From: an uncultured bacterium
GTDB taxonomy: Bacteria > Zixibacteria > MSB-5A5 > UBA10806
Assembly (NCBI GenBank): GCA_965541585.1
Contig: CBEUCH010000017.1
Coordinates: 5,922 to 69,921, forward strand
Reading direction: 5' to 3'
DNA length: 64,000 nt
Under the pieces are notes generated by a model. That model saw only the letters and a program-made list of their open reading frames with translations, searched no databases and was not told the origin of the DNA. Made by a program: the position numbers and the translations under genes. Positions 10,255 to 20,014 of the stretch are shown here, piece after piece; positions within the stretch are counted from its first letter, which is position 1, and each line of letters opens with the position of its first letter.

Positions 10255-11523
10255 GTGGTAACTGGGGAATCGGCAATCTATAGAAAGACAGTTTTGCCTA
10301 ATGGTGTCAAGGTTGTAACTGAGACAATACCGTATGTCCGCTCGGTATCGCTCGGTTTATGGGTCGATGTCGGTTCCAGAGACGAATCGAATCAATCGTC
10401 CGGGATCTCCCATTTCATCGAGCACATGGTTTTCAAAGGAACGCGAACGAGAAGCGCATCCGAGATCGCTTCCTATCTCGAGTCTGTCGGCGGTATGCTT
10501 AACGCTTTCACAGGCAGGGAGCAAACCTGTTACTACGCCAAATTTCTCGATGAGCATCTTGGAAAGGCGATGGAGATCTTATTCGATCTTTTGAATAATC
10601 CTCTCTTCAATACTTCCGATATCGTAAAAGAAAAAAAGGTGGTCCTGGAGGAAATCCGCGACATCGAGGATTCCCCCGGTGATCTGATTCATGATCTGTT
10701 TGCCGGCGCCATATTCGGCGATCACCCTCTCGGTCGATCTATATTGGGCAGCAGAGGCACCGTCAAGGACATGAATCGCTCGAAGGTTCTTCGGTATAGG
10801 GGTAAATTCTATCGTCCGGATAGAATAGTGGTCGCAGCCTGCGGGAATCTGCAACATAAACGTCTGGTGCAGCTAACCAAAAAATATGTCGACCCGAGAA
10901 TTTTGCCCGGATCTCCCGATGGTCGAAAGAAACCGACATTCAAACCAAATCGAAAAACTTACAGGAGGAAAACCAACCAGACGCATGTCTGCCTTGGTCT
11001 ACCGGCCAGGGAGTTCACCCATCGATCGCGAACGTCTTTATTGCTGCTAAACTCGATCCTGGGCGGCGGGATGTCATCGAGGCTCTTTCAGCGTTTAAGG
11101 GAGGACCTTGGCCTGGTTTACAGCGTCTTCTCGTACCTCGATTTCTTTGCAGACAACGGCATTTTTGGCATCTATCTCGGTACAGATAAAAAAAGTGTCA
11201 AGAAGGCGTTGGCGGCCGTAAAAAAGGAAATAGACAATATCACCGGCAGCAAATTTTCCAGGGCGGAAATCGAAAAAGCTAAAGAACAGCTGAAGGGAAA
11301 TCTCATGCTGGGATTGGAGAACACCTCCAACAGGATGAACCGTCTGGCCAGGCACGAGCTTCTGGCCAACAGATATATCAGCCTGGATGAAACGGTTGCG
11401 ACTATAGACGCGGTCAAGCCTGAAGAGGTGAGCGAAATCGCATCTGAAGTTTTTGGGAATAGTGAATTTTCAGCAGTCACTCTTGGCCCGGTAGAAGGCG
11501 ATATATATTCCGCTCTAGAGTAA
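10255..11523 (+). CDS. M16 family (insulinase-like) metallopeptidase
   Basis: 422 aa with the inverted zincin motif 'HFIEHMVFKG'; common position after pnp. Confidence 0.85.
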   Translation: MVTGESAIYRKTVLPNGVKVVTETIPYVRSVSLGLWVDVGSRDESNQSSGISHFIEHMVFKGTRTRSASEIASYLESVGGMLNAFTGREQTCYYAKFLDEHLGKAMEILFDLLNNPLFNTSDIVKEKKVVLEEIRDIEDSPGDLIHDLFAGAIFGDHPLGRSILGSRGTVKDMNRSKVLRYRGKFYRPDRIVVAACGNLQHKRLVQLTKKYVDPRILPGSPDGRKKPTFKPNRKTYRRKTNQTHVCLGLPAREFTHRSRTSLLLLNSILGGGMSSRLFQRLREDLGLVYSVFSYLDFFADNGIFGIYLGTDKKSVKKALAAVKKEIDNITGSKFSRAEIEKAKEQLKGNLMLGLENTSNRMNRLARHELLANRYISLDETVATIDAVKPEEVSEIASEVFGNSEFSAVTLGPVEGDIYSALE

Positions 11524-11550
11524 ATCAAGTATCCCATAAGGCCATCGAGG

Positions 11551-11916
11551 ATGAACCATCTTTCTTTTAAACGATTCTTAATCAGAGTGCTGATTACCAG
11601 CGCGGCCGTTCTTATAGTGGTCAGGATACTGCCCTGGGCGGAGGTCAGCGGTCCGGGCGCACTGATAGTCACGGCACTGCTTCTTGGTATATTCAATTCC
11701 ATTCTCAGGCCACTTCTCATAATTCTCACTCTGCCGATAAATATACTGAGCTTCGGCCTGTTCATATTTATTATCAACGGGCTGATTCTTTACCTGATCT
11801 CAGTCCTGGTGCCGGGATTCGAAATAAGCAGCTTCGGCGCCGCAGTCCTGACATCCATACTTATTTCGATCACCGCCGGGACGATCAACTGGCTGATACG
11901 GGATAAGCGACATTGA
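11551..11916 (+). CDS. DUF360 / phage-holin-4_2 family membrane protein
   Basis: 121 aa with about 4 TM segments; 'LLLGIFNSILRPLLIILTLPINILSFGLFIFIINGLILYL' is typical of the YvlD/DUF360 family. Confidence 0.75.
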   Translation: MNHLSFKRFLIRVLITSAAVLIVVRILPWAEVSGPGALIVTALLLGIFNSILRPLLIILTLPINILSFGLFIFIINGLILYLISVLVPGFEISSFGAAVLTSILISITAGTINWLIRDKRH

Positions 11917-11928
11917 AGCGCGAGTTGA

Positions 11929-14430
11929 ATGATGTCTGAAAATAATAAAGGGCCTGTGGTTTCCGGATCTTATCCGTTCAAGAAAATCGAGGCCAGGTGG
12001 CGAGAATACTGGGAACAAAATGGTCTGCATAAAACAGACCTCTCGAATTCCGCTAAAAAACTCTATTCGCTTGTGATGTTCTCATACCCGTCGGGTGAAA
12101 GGCTTCATATCGGCCACTGGTATAATTTCGGCCCGGCGGACACGTGGAGCCGTAAGAAAAAAATGGAAGGTTATAATATATTCGAACCAATGGGATTCGA
12201 TTCTTTCGGTTTGCCCGCTGAGAACTATGCGGTCAAGACCGGGATAAATCCGGTTGTCTCCACCGCGGAGAATATAGATATCATACGAAAACAGCTCCGG
12301 GAAATCGGAGCCATGTATGATTGGTCCAGACAACTGGCAACCAGCGATCCCGCTTATTATAAGTGGACTCAATGGCTTTTCTTGAAATTCTTCGAACGCG
12401 GTATGGCAGTCCGCAAAGAAGCCCCGGTTAACTGGTGCCCTTCCTGCAAGACTGTTCTGGCCAATGAACAGGTCATCGACGGTAGATGCGAGCGATGCGA
12501 GACCAGTGTAACCAGGCGAAATCTCAAGCAGTGGTTTCTAAGAATAACAGAATATGCCGACCGGCTGCTGGCCGGACTCGATAAAATCGACTGGCCCGAG
12601 AAGACGATCAGCATGCAGAGAAATTGGATCGGCCGATCCGAGGGAAGTGAAATTATCTTCAAAGAGGAAAAAACAGGGGAGAAGATCCCGGTATTTACAA
12701 CTCGCACCGATACCCTGTTCGGTGTGACCTACCTTGTTCTGGCCCCGGAACATCCATTAGTTACGAATTTCACCAAGCCCGAACAAAAAAAGAGCATCAA
12801 CGATTACATCGAACAGAGCCGCAGCCTCTCGGAAATCGAGCGGCTTTCAACCGCTAAAGAGAAGACCGGTGTCTTTACGGGGAGCTACTGCATAAATCCG
12901 ATTAACGGCGACCGTGTCCCCATATGGATCGCGGACTATGTTCTGTTTTCATACGGTACGGGTGCCGTGATGGCGGTTCCGGGACATGATCAGCGTGATT
13001 GGGAATTCGCCACAAGATTCGGATTGGAAATCAAGCAGGTGATAAAACCCTCCAGCGAAACCGGGGCCGATCTCGATTCCGGCGCCTTTGTCGATTATGG
13101 AGTTATGGTCAACTCGGGTGAATTCGATGATCTGAGCTCCGAGGAAGGCGCCAGACGTGTAACCGAAAAACTCAAAAGCAGTAAATCAGGGGACTTTAAG
13201 ATCACTTTCAAGCTGAGAGACTGGCTTATTTCACGTCAGAGGTACTGGGGCACGCCGATCCCTGTTATCAGGTGTCCAGAATGCGGCGACGTTGCGGTCC
13301 CTGAAGAAAGCCTGCCGGTGTTGTTGCCGGAGATCGACGATTTCAGACCCACGGGCGACGGTAAATCCCCGCTGGCAAAAGATTCAGGATTCTCAAATGC
13401 CAGATGCCCAAAATGCGGGGGAGAGGCCGAACGAGAAACAGATACCATGGATACTTTCGTTGATTCCTCATGGTATTTCCTGCGATATGTCGACCCTGAA
13501 TACAAAGACGGCCCCTGGAACTCGAAGCTCGTAGAGGAATGGCTTCCCGTAGATATGTATATAGGCGGGGCAGAACATGCCGTGATGCATCTAATGTATG
13601 CGCGCTATTTCTGTATGTGCTTGCACGACATAGGGTTAATTTCATTCGACGAGCCTTTTTTGAAACTGCGCCACCAGGGGATCATAACCAACAGAGGAGC
13701 CAAGATCTCGAAATCCAGGGGCAACGTGGTCAATCCTGATCATTTCCTCGACCGATATGGCTCCGATACCCTTCGCATGTTTTTGATGTTCATGGGCTCT
13801 TATAAGCACGGCGGCGACTGGGATGATACTGGAATTAACGGCGTCGCCAGGTTCCTGGCCCGAGTATATCGATTGGTCATACAGAACGCTGATGGAATCA
13901 AGGATCGTATCTCCTTATCGTATTCAGACCTGACCGATAAAGCCCCGACCTTAAACCATCGCTTGAACCTGACGATCAAATGTGTTACCCACGATATTGG
14001 CTCGCTGGAGTTCAATACGGCTATCTCAGCCTTAATGGAGCTTGTAAACGAGCTATACCGATCTTACGAAAATGATAAGGCGGCCGGCGATCTATTCTAT
14101 TTCAGCATGAAGCAACTTATCCTGACTCTCGCACCCATGGCGCCGCACCTGGCCGAGGAGTTATGGCAGGCAGTCGGTGGTAAACCGAGCATATTCGATC
14201 AGAAATGGCCTGTTCACGATGAATCCGCCTTGCTTTTAGATACAATTACGATGGTGGTCCAGATAAACGGCAAGCTTCGTGGGAGTTTCAGCGTGCCCAT
14301 CGATATCAGTCAGGATGATTTCTATAATCTGGCCATGGAAGACACTACGTTATCACGGCACCTGAAAGGAAAACAGGTGCAAAAGACGATATTCATACCC
14401 GGCAAAATATTGAATATAGTGGCTAAATAG
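11929..14430 (+). CDS. leuS: leucine--tRNA ligase
   Basis: 833 aa with HIGH-type 'PSGERLHIGHWYNF', KMSKS-type 'KISKSRGN' and a CP1 editing region. Confidence 0.95.
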   Translation: MMSENNKGPVVSGSYPFKKIEARWREYWEQNGLHKTDLSNSAKKLYSLVMFSYPSGERLHIGHWYNFGPADTWSRKKKMEGYNIFEPMGFDSFGLPAENYAVKTGINPVVSTAENIDIIRKQLREIGAMYDWSRQLATSDPAYYKWTQWLFLKFFERGMAVRKEAPVNWCPSCKTVLANEQVIDGRCERCETSVTRRNLKQWFLRITEYADRLLAGLDKIDWPEKTISMQRNWIGRSEGSEIIFKEEKTGEKIPVFTTRTDTLFGVTYLVLAPEHPLVTNFTKPEQKKSINDYIEQSRSLSEIERLSTAKEKTGVFTGSYCINPINGDRVPIWIADYVLFSYGTGAVMAVPGHDQRDWEFATRFGLEIKQVIKPSSETGADLDSGAFVDYGVMVNSGEFDDLSSEEGARRVTEKLKSSKSGDFKITFKLRDWLISRQRYWGTPIPVIRCPECGDVAVPEESLPVLLPEIDDFRPTGDGKSPLAKDSGFSNARCPKCGGEAERETDTMDTFVDSSWYFLRYVDPEYKDGPWNSKLVEEWLPVDMYIGGAEHAVMHLMYARYFCMCLHDIGLISFDEPFLKLRHQGIITNRGAKISKSRGNVVNPDHFLDRYGSDTLRMFLMFMGSYKHGGDWDDTGINGVARFLARVYRLVIQNADGIKDRISLSYSDLTDKAPTLNHRLNLTIKCVTHDIGSLEFNTAISALMELVNELYRSYENDKAAGDLFYFSMKQLILTLAPMAPHLAEELWQAVGGKPSIFDQKWPVHDESALLLDTITMVVQINGKLRGSFSVPIDISQDDFYNLAMEDTTLSRHLKGKQVQKTIFIPGKILNIVAK

Positions 14431-14574
14431 GGGGTCAAATGAGTGACAGGGTTAATTTACAGAAATGAAGTTTACATAATATATCTTATAGGACTCTAAA
14501 GGCCGGTTCAAGCGCAAAAGCCGAGGCCGAAAAAAACGGCGGAAGCGGTAGGCTGGCGGAACAGCTAATTTTGA

Positions 14575-14611
14575 GGCCGCCTGGTCTCCTACAAAGGAAT
14601 ACCAGGCGGCC
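14575..14611. terminator. GC-rich hairpin between convergent leuS and the collagen-like gene
   Basis: ggccgcctggt (14575-14585) pairs with accaggcggcc (14601-14611) around a 15-nt loop. There is no clear U-tract on either strand, so terminator function is only inferred from position. Confidence 0.4.
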
Positions 14612-14654
14612 CTCTAGGTAAGTCTATCTAATCTTAAACGTCCTTCATCCCCCT

Positions 14655-15062
14655 TTAACCTGAATCCTTGATTATCATGAGCACATATTCCCAGCCCAGA
14701 TAATCCTGCAATGGGTCGTAGACATAAACTCTGCCATTCGTTAACTGCACATCCTCAATAAACTGATAAGCCCACAGGGCTGGGTCCGAGCTCATCCAAA
14801 GTTGAACTACGTCAGTATCGCTTATGTATGAACTCAGGATGTTAATCAAATTCCCCTGGTAATCAGAAATTGAAATTGTCCCGTATACGTGGATGATAAC
14901 AGCTCCATCTTCCCCTGGTGGCCCTGTCGGCCCTGTTGGTCCTGTCGGTCCTTGAGGTCCGTCTGCCCCTGTCTCTCCCGCCGGTCCCGCCGGTCCTGTA
15001 TCCCCCTCGCAGCCCAACGATACCAGCGCCAACAATAAAGCTAAAATAATAGATCTTTTCAT
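14655..15062 (-). CDS. small lipoprotein with collagen-like Gly-X-Y repeats
   Basis: Trimmed to ATG 15062, preceded by AAGGGGGTGAT. Signal/lipobox 'MKRSIILALLLALVSLGC', then 11-12 uninterrupted GXY triplets ('GDTGPAGPAGETGADGPQGPTGPTGPTGPPGEDG') and a ~90-aa C-terminal domain. Confidence 0.7.
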   Translation of the reverse strand: MKRSIILALLLALVSLGCEGDTGPAGPAGETGADGPQGPTGPTGPTGPPGEDGAVIIHVYGTISISDYQGNLINILSSYISDTDVVQLWMSSDPALWAYQFIEDVQLTNGRVYVYDPLQDYLGWEYVLMIIKDSG

Positions 15063-15098
15063 GAAATCACCCCCTTTCGCGTGATCTGATATATCAAT

Positions 15099-15127
15099 AA
15101 GATACAGAATTGATTTTTTTCGGTCAA
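15099..15127 (-). promoter_or_regulatory. sigma-70-type promoter for the collagen-like lipoprotein gene
   Basis: On the minus strand: TTGACC (15127-15122), 17-nt spacer, TATCTT (15104-15099), about 35 nt upstream of the start codon. Confidence 0.45.
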
Positions 15128-15139
15128 GCAAAAAAACGC

Positions 15140-15168
15140 TTGACAGATCGAGATCTCCTGTGTATAAT
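15140..15168 (+). promoter_or_regulatory. consensus sigma-70 promoter with no obvious downstream CDS
   Basis: TTGACA (15140-15145), exactly 17 nt, TATAAT (15163-15168). Its -35 box is the 3' arm of the inverted repeat GGTCAAGC-N8-GCTTGACA, shared with the divergent minus-strand promoter. Confidence 0.55.
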
Positions 15169-15391
15169 CTCGGCCGACTGATTTTTGATAGCCCTTTTAT
15201 TGAATTGCTGAAGGCCCTGGAACCTTCTCTCTCGAAGGAATTCCGCGGCCCGAGGCATCTAAAGAGAGAAGAGGTTGTCCTGCCAAAAAGACAGTGTTAC
15301 ATGTTACCGTTGCAGGGTTTAAGACGTATATATTATAGGACTACAAGGACTACAGGTTTTCTCTTGCGTCTCCATGCCAGTGGGCTATTAG

Positions 15392-17554
15392 TCAGACCAT
15401 CCACGGAATCCTATCTGAGCCGGGTCTTGGCAGTTCAATACGCAAGGCCTCGGACGGAGGCCAAACCTCCAATAGCTTGTTATCCTCCTTAACCTCAACC
15501 CTGAAGGAAATTATTTCCTCCGGTTTCAGCTTGAATTCCATAAGCGGCAGCGAAATCTCCAATATGTCCTCGATCTGATGTCTAAAGCCTTGAATCTCTC
15601 TGTCGTCAAGCTTCATTTTCGCGTCAGGGCCGGTTATAGAAAGCCTCCCTGCTCTTGGCTTCAAGAATTCAATTACAAAAGTGAGCCGGCGGAATCTTAT
15701 AATATCTACACCAGTAGCTTTGTCGACACGAATATACAGGTTCCTCTGATCAAAGCCGAACCATATCCCGGACACTAGCATTTCTGATTTATGCATGGTT
15801 GAGCCGGCTTTAAGACAATTGAGGAATCCGGCCTGCTGCCATTCAAAATAATGGGTCAGCATACCGTCTATGGTCGGGGTTATATACTCGATCGGGACCG
15901 TCAGGTGCTCGGGCGTAAAGCTCGACCGTATAGGCTCTAAAAGGCCGGGCGGCGGATCCCGGTCAGTAAGTTTATAAACATTAGCCAGATGTGATCTAAA
16001 CAGGCGGTCGAAATCGTCGTTATTCGGCCCGACGTGATCATCGCCGAACCACCAGCACCAATCAGAACCCTCCGCTATATAGATTTCCCTCCAGGCTTTC
16101 CGGAGCCCTTCCTTATCGAACTCCGGGTTGGATTTCTGGAAATTTAGAAGATCATTCCTTGCTTTCGATAGCAGATCCCAGGCTTTATTATCTTCGCGGT
16201 GCCCGATCCAGATGGCGAAATTGTGATTGATCCAGCTACCCGGATAGAGTTTTTTGAGTTGCAATGATTCCGGTTTACCGGATAGATACTGGCTGAAAGT
16301 CGTTGTCTCCAGCCAATCCGCCTCGGAAATTTTGGTATATAATATGCTCAGAAAATCATGACCATCGTTAGGATAATACTCCCAGGCGTTTTCGCCGTCG
16401 AGAATGACCGATACAATGGGGTCTTTTATATTTTTTGAAATCAGGTTTCTGTGAATCGCATCTAACCTGGTGAGAAAATCGTCGGCGCCCTTTTCCGGAT
16501 CCCATTGTGAATAAACAAAACCGATATTATCAGAAAGCGTACGATCGCGGAAAAAGATCTTGAGCGCTGCCCCTCCCTTGCTGAGGGAATAACTCCTGTA
16601 CAGATCTCCGGATTTAGCCGGTTTATCGACGCTTCCCTGCTCGCCCGGGCCGGTCAGGCTGCGGGCCAGAATCTCTTCATCGGTGGCGATCCACTGGATT
16701 CCCTGTTCGGAGATTATAGGTATAATATCCTCGGAAACCGAGCCTTCCGACGGCCACATGCCGCTCGGCGGTTTGCCGAAAAGCTCGACGTACAGATCAA
16801 CGGCCATGGCCACCTGCTTGTGGACGTCCTCCGGATGCTGAAATCTTTCCTGCGGTAACTCTGCGTCCGGTGTGGCAACCTTTGCGACGGCAGAGTCATA
16901 TAATAGGGGCATTATGGGATGAAAATAAGGACTGGTGGAGACCTCGATTTGCCCCATTTCCATCATCTCTTTCAACTCCGGGACTATCCTCCCGATAATT
17001 CTCTGATGCGCGGATAGAATTTCCCGCTTATCCTCCTCCGTGTACCTCTCCCCTTTTTCAGTTAATTCAGAAAGCCTGCCGTTCTTCTTGAATGTCGGAT
17101 CGATCCATGCCAGGTTAGATAAACATTGCAGGTCGCGCCAATCGTTTTCCTCCCAGCTGTCCATGGCCCTTTTGCGATCGTCGAACAGCTGTCTATATCT
17201 GCGGTTCGGGTAGATCATGTTATCGTAATTAGCCTGAAAATGCAGATCCAGGATTCTCTGTTTATCTTCGTCTGTCAGACCTGATGCTTTTTTCAAGCTT
17301 AATTCGAGATGCGGATCAAAAGCGACGCCTCTGGCATAGTCGTCCAGCTGCTCCAGCAGCGATGGAACCATATTGAACGTTTGTCTTATGCGGGGAAAGC
17401 TTCTGAGGATCTCCACCATGTCGAGGTAATCCTTGACGCCGTGAAGCCTGACCCACGGTAAGTGATAATAACCTGTTGAGAGGTCTTTATAAAAGGGTTG
17501 ATGTTGATGCCATAGAAACGCTAATTTCAGCACAGGTTCAAGTGCCTGTATCAA
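15392..17554 (-). CDS. glycoside hydrolase family 57 protein (alpha-glucan active)
   Basis: 720 aa; the N-terminal 'LWHQHQPFYKD...LPWVRLHGVKDYLDM' and 'GENAWEYY' are GH57 signatures. Confidence 0.9.
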   Translation of the reverse strand: MIQALEPVLKLAFLWHQHQPFYKDLSTGYYHLPWVRLHGVKDYLDMVEILRSFPRIRQTFNMVPSLLEQLDDYARGVAFDPHLELSLKKASGLTDEDKQRILDLHFQANYDNMIYPNRRYRQLFDDRKRAMDSWEENDWRDLQCLSNLAWIDPTFKKNGRLSELTEKGERYTEEDKREILSAHQRIIGRIVPELKEMMEMGQIEVSTSPYFHPIMPLLYDSAVAKVATPDAELPQERFQHPEDVHKQVAMAVDLYVELFGKPPSGMWPSEGSVSEDIIPIISEQGIQWIATDEEILARSLTGPGEQGSVDKPAKSGDLYRSYSLSKGGAALKIFFRDRTLSDNIGFVYSQWDPEKGADDFLTRLDAIHRNLISKNIKDPIVSVILDGENAWEYYPNDGHDFLSILYTKISEADWLETTTFSQYLSGKPESLQLKKLYPGSWINHNFAIWIGHREDNKAWDLLSKARNDLLNFQKSNPEFDKEGLRKAWREIYIAEGSDWCWWFGDDHVGPNNDDFDRLFRSHLANVYKLTDRDPPPGLLEPIRSSFTPEHLTVPIEYITPTIDGMLTHYFEWQQAGFLNCLKAGSTMHKSEMLVSGIWFGFDQRNLYIRVDKATGVDIIRFRRLTFVIEFLKPRAGRLSITGPDAKMKLDDREIQGFRHQIEDILEISLPLMEFKLKPEEIISFRVEVKEDNKLLEVWPPSEALRIELPRPGSDRIPWMV

Positions 17555-17572
17555 TGGTTAGTATGGCTCTCG

Positions 17573-18244
17573 TCAATACTTGATCTCCGCCAGAGATCGC
17601 CGCGCTGTATTGGCCTGCACCGAGTTCCCGTAGGAACTATCGATTTCGCTATAGGCTATTCTCGCCGATGCCGTATCCCCTGCCGCAACGAAATTTATGC
17701 CGGCCCGAAGGAGGTAACGGGGTGCCCATAGTTCATCGGGAAATATCATGGCTGCCTCCAGGTAGAGCCTTGCGGCCTCAAGCCTGTCGCCATCAATCTC
17801 CGTGCAGGAAGCGGCCCCGGCGACGGCGCTCGATAACATCATCTTATCTTTATCATATGCCGCAATGAGCCTTTCATAATGGTCTCGGGCTTCTGTGTAA
17901 TTCTTCTCCTGAAAACTGCGGTTGGCTAAGATAAAAGTCGCCCGCGCAGCCTGGTTTGTTCCGGAGTAGTTTTCGGCCAGGGATTTTAGATCGCCGAATG
18001 CTTCTTCCACCAGGCCCGCGTCGAAAGCCAGGTGGGCCCTGGCAAGAAGAGTAGCGGCCTCGTTTTTCTTCCGATCCGCGCTCCACAGCAAAAGCACCAC
18101 GGCTATAAAAACAACCGCCACCGCTACCCCGCTAATCACAAAACGAGTTGGGTTTTTTTGAATATACTCACTGGCCTTGAAGACCGTGGTGACAAGCTTG
18201 TCTTCCTTGATCTGTCTTTTTGAAATCCTCTTGGCTGGACTCAT
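17573..18244 (-). CDS. membrane-anchored TPR-like protein
   Basis: 223 aa with one N-terminal TM ('FVISGVAVAVVFIAVVLLLW') followed by Ala/Leu-rich TPR-like helices; 18 nt upstream of GH57. Confidence 0.6.
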   Translation of the reverse strand: MSPAKRISKRQIKEDKLVTTVFKASEYIQKNPTRFVISGVAVAVVFIAVVLLLWSADRKKNEAATLLARAHLAFDAGLVEEAFGDLKSLAENYSGTNQAARATFILANRSFQEKNYTEARDHYERLIAAYDKDKMMLSSAVAGAASCTEIDGDRLEAARLYLEAAMIFPDELWAPRYLLRAGINFVAAGDTASARIAYSEIDSSYGNSVQANTARRSLAEIKY

Positions 18245-18352
18245 TCCAACAACTCCTTCGCACCCGGATTCTGCTTCAAATCCGGCTGTGCAATCTACAA
18301 TTATATCGACGGATCGGCAAGCAATATTTAATTTGGGATACCGCTGTTATCT

Positions 18353-18400
18353 AATAAAAAAGGCGAGCTCGGTATTCATCACAAAATCCAGGGCTCGCCT
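18353..18400 (-). terminator. rho-independent terminator after the OMP gene
   Basis: On the minus strand, GGCGAGC...GCTCGCC stem (18399-18393 / 18368-18362) followed by TTTTTTATT, starting 20 nt after the stop codon. The ~24-nt loop is unusually long. Confidence 0.55.
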
Positions 18401-18420
18401 CGGAGTCAAGATCAAAATTA

Positions 18421-19767
18421 TCAGAAATACATTCCCGCCGAAATGAACAGCCGGCTGTAATCCCGCTTAATCTCAAAATCCACCGGCGCTGTAAAAGTGA
18501 CAGTGCCATTGTAGGAACTACTTCCAAACTGGTATGCCAGATCGAACCAGATCTTTTCAAAATATAAACCCGTTCCGAACGTAATGATATTTGTCGAAAT
18601 CTGATCGCCTCTTTCATCGGCCCAGGTGCTGTCTGTCGCATTAAAGGTATAAGAGGTACGCTCCTTTATCGCAGACGGTTCATTCCTGAAACCGGCTCTC
18701 ACAGGGATATCTGCGAATCCGGCGTCCAGAATGTACTCGGCGCCTATCCTGAACTGGTTAACATCTTCCCATCCAAGATTAAAGGTGGTATCGGAAATAA
18801 TAATCCGCTCCCAATTAGTTTTAACGTCGACTTTTGACAGCGGACGGCTATCGAAATCAAACGCCAGGGTAAAATTCTCCACAGGCGCGATACCGATCCC
18901 CAGAGAATAGCTGAGCGGCATGTTATAGGTATAGCTCACGCGCTCAACGACACCTATCGGCGCCGGCGGAATAATGATTTGGTATGTCCATTTGGCGTCC
19001 TGTGTCAGGTCATAAGGCGTATGGACAACCGCCCCGCCTTTTATTATGCCAAAATCAGCGGAAAGACCCAAATCGAGATTAAATCCGGAAAAGTGAGAAT
19101 TGAAGTTGGTCCAGAAGTCTACCGTGTCTACGTTTTGTCCGGCTGAAATAAACTCAAAGGATGCGCCCTCAAATTCGTTTTGCTCGCTGTTGCGGATATA
19201 GAGATTGGCCGTCAGCCCTATACCAATCCCTTCTGTTATCTTGTTGGCGATCCCCATGCTTACAGCGTCGATCCCGCGATCCTGTGAGAATGAATTTTCG
19301 GTACCGGCGAACCCCGGAGTATTGTATTCGAAAACCATATCATAGACGTTTCTATAACCACCGCCGACAGCCCATTCCCTCTCCATAAATTCGAAAGGCG
19401 CGGTAAATCCACCGAAGTTCAAGCTGAAATGCTCTCGGTTAATTTCTACAGGCTGGATGTTTGCCTCCGCGTATAATGGAGAGTATCGAGTGAATGTGCC
19501 ATTGAACTTATCTCCGACGGAAACAAGCTGGACTCCGATCTTAGTCTTGTCGGTGTAAATCATGGCGGCGGGATTCCATGAATAAGCCATCTCGCCTTCG
19601 GCGATTCCGAGGAAGGCCCCGCCCATACCTGCGGCCCTCGCTCCACCACCGGTTACGTTGAATTCCAGCCGGCTGGGATTAATACCGACATCTTGAGCAT
19701 TGGATATGGCTGACAGAAAAATCACAATTGCGATAGCCAGAAATATGCTATACCGCTTTCTCATCAT
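18421..19767 (-). CDS. outer-membrane beta-barrel protein, PorV/PorQ-like
   Basis: 448 aa with a signal peptide, 'GGGARAAGMGGAFLGIAEGEMAYSWNPAAM' (a motif I associate with PorV-type/FadL-like OMPs), alternating beta-strand pattern and a C-terminal Phe ('SAGMYF'). Confidence 0.65.
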   Translation of the reverse strand: MMRKRYSIFLAIAIVIFLSAISNAQDVGINPSRLEFNVTGGGARAAGMGGAFLGIAEGEMAYSWNPAAMIYTDKTKIGVQLVSVGDKFNGTFTRYSPLYAEANIQPVEINREHFSLNFGGFTAPFEFMEREWAVGGGYRNVYDMVFEYNTPGFAGTENSFSQDRGIDAVSMGIANKITEGIGIGLTANLYIRNSEQNEFEGASFEFISAGQNVDTVDFWTNFNSHFSGFNLDLGLSADFGIIKGGAVVHTPYDLTQDAKWTYQIIIPPAPIGVVERVSYTYNMPLSYSLGIGIAPVENFTLAFDFDSRPLSKVDVKTNWERIIISDTTFNLGWEDVNQFRIGAEYILDAGFADIPVRAGFRNEPSAIKERTSYTFNATDSTWADERGDQISTNIITFGTGLYFEKIWFDLAYQFGSSSYNGTVTFTAPVDFEIKRDYSRLFISAGMYF

Positions 19768-20014
19768 TCCTCCAGAATTCGGGAAAACAATCCGTAATTA
19801 TTCTCATCACAGTTCCGGGGCTTAGATAACTCCCCGTTTCGGGGATCTTCAGCTATCAAGCCCGCTTGATATACATCTCAAGCCTGCTGTTTATTCCCCA
19901 AAGCGCCCCAAATTTAATGTCTTGAGCAATCGTTTGCAAGCCTTTTTTGGCACGTGCCCGATATAAAATGCGGACCGTGGAAGATGGGGATAGTACGGTC
20001 ATGCGCCATACAAA

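Noticed and set aside
15160-15492. A 110-aa plus-strand ORF downstream of the orphan promoter.
   Set aside because: Its GTG start lies inside the promoter spacer. The composition is Arg/Leu-rich and unstructured, and it runs antisense into the GH57 3' end. I treat the region as non-coding.
19947-19962. TGGCACGTGCC, a 10-bp palindrome that looks like a sigma-54 -24 box.
   Set aside because: There is no TTGC at the -12 position on either strand, and no downstream gene in the plus orientation.
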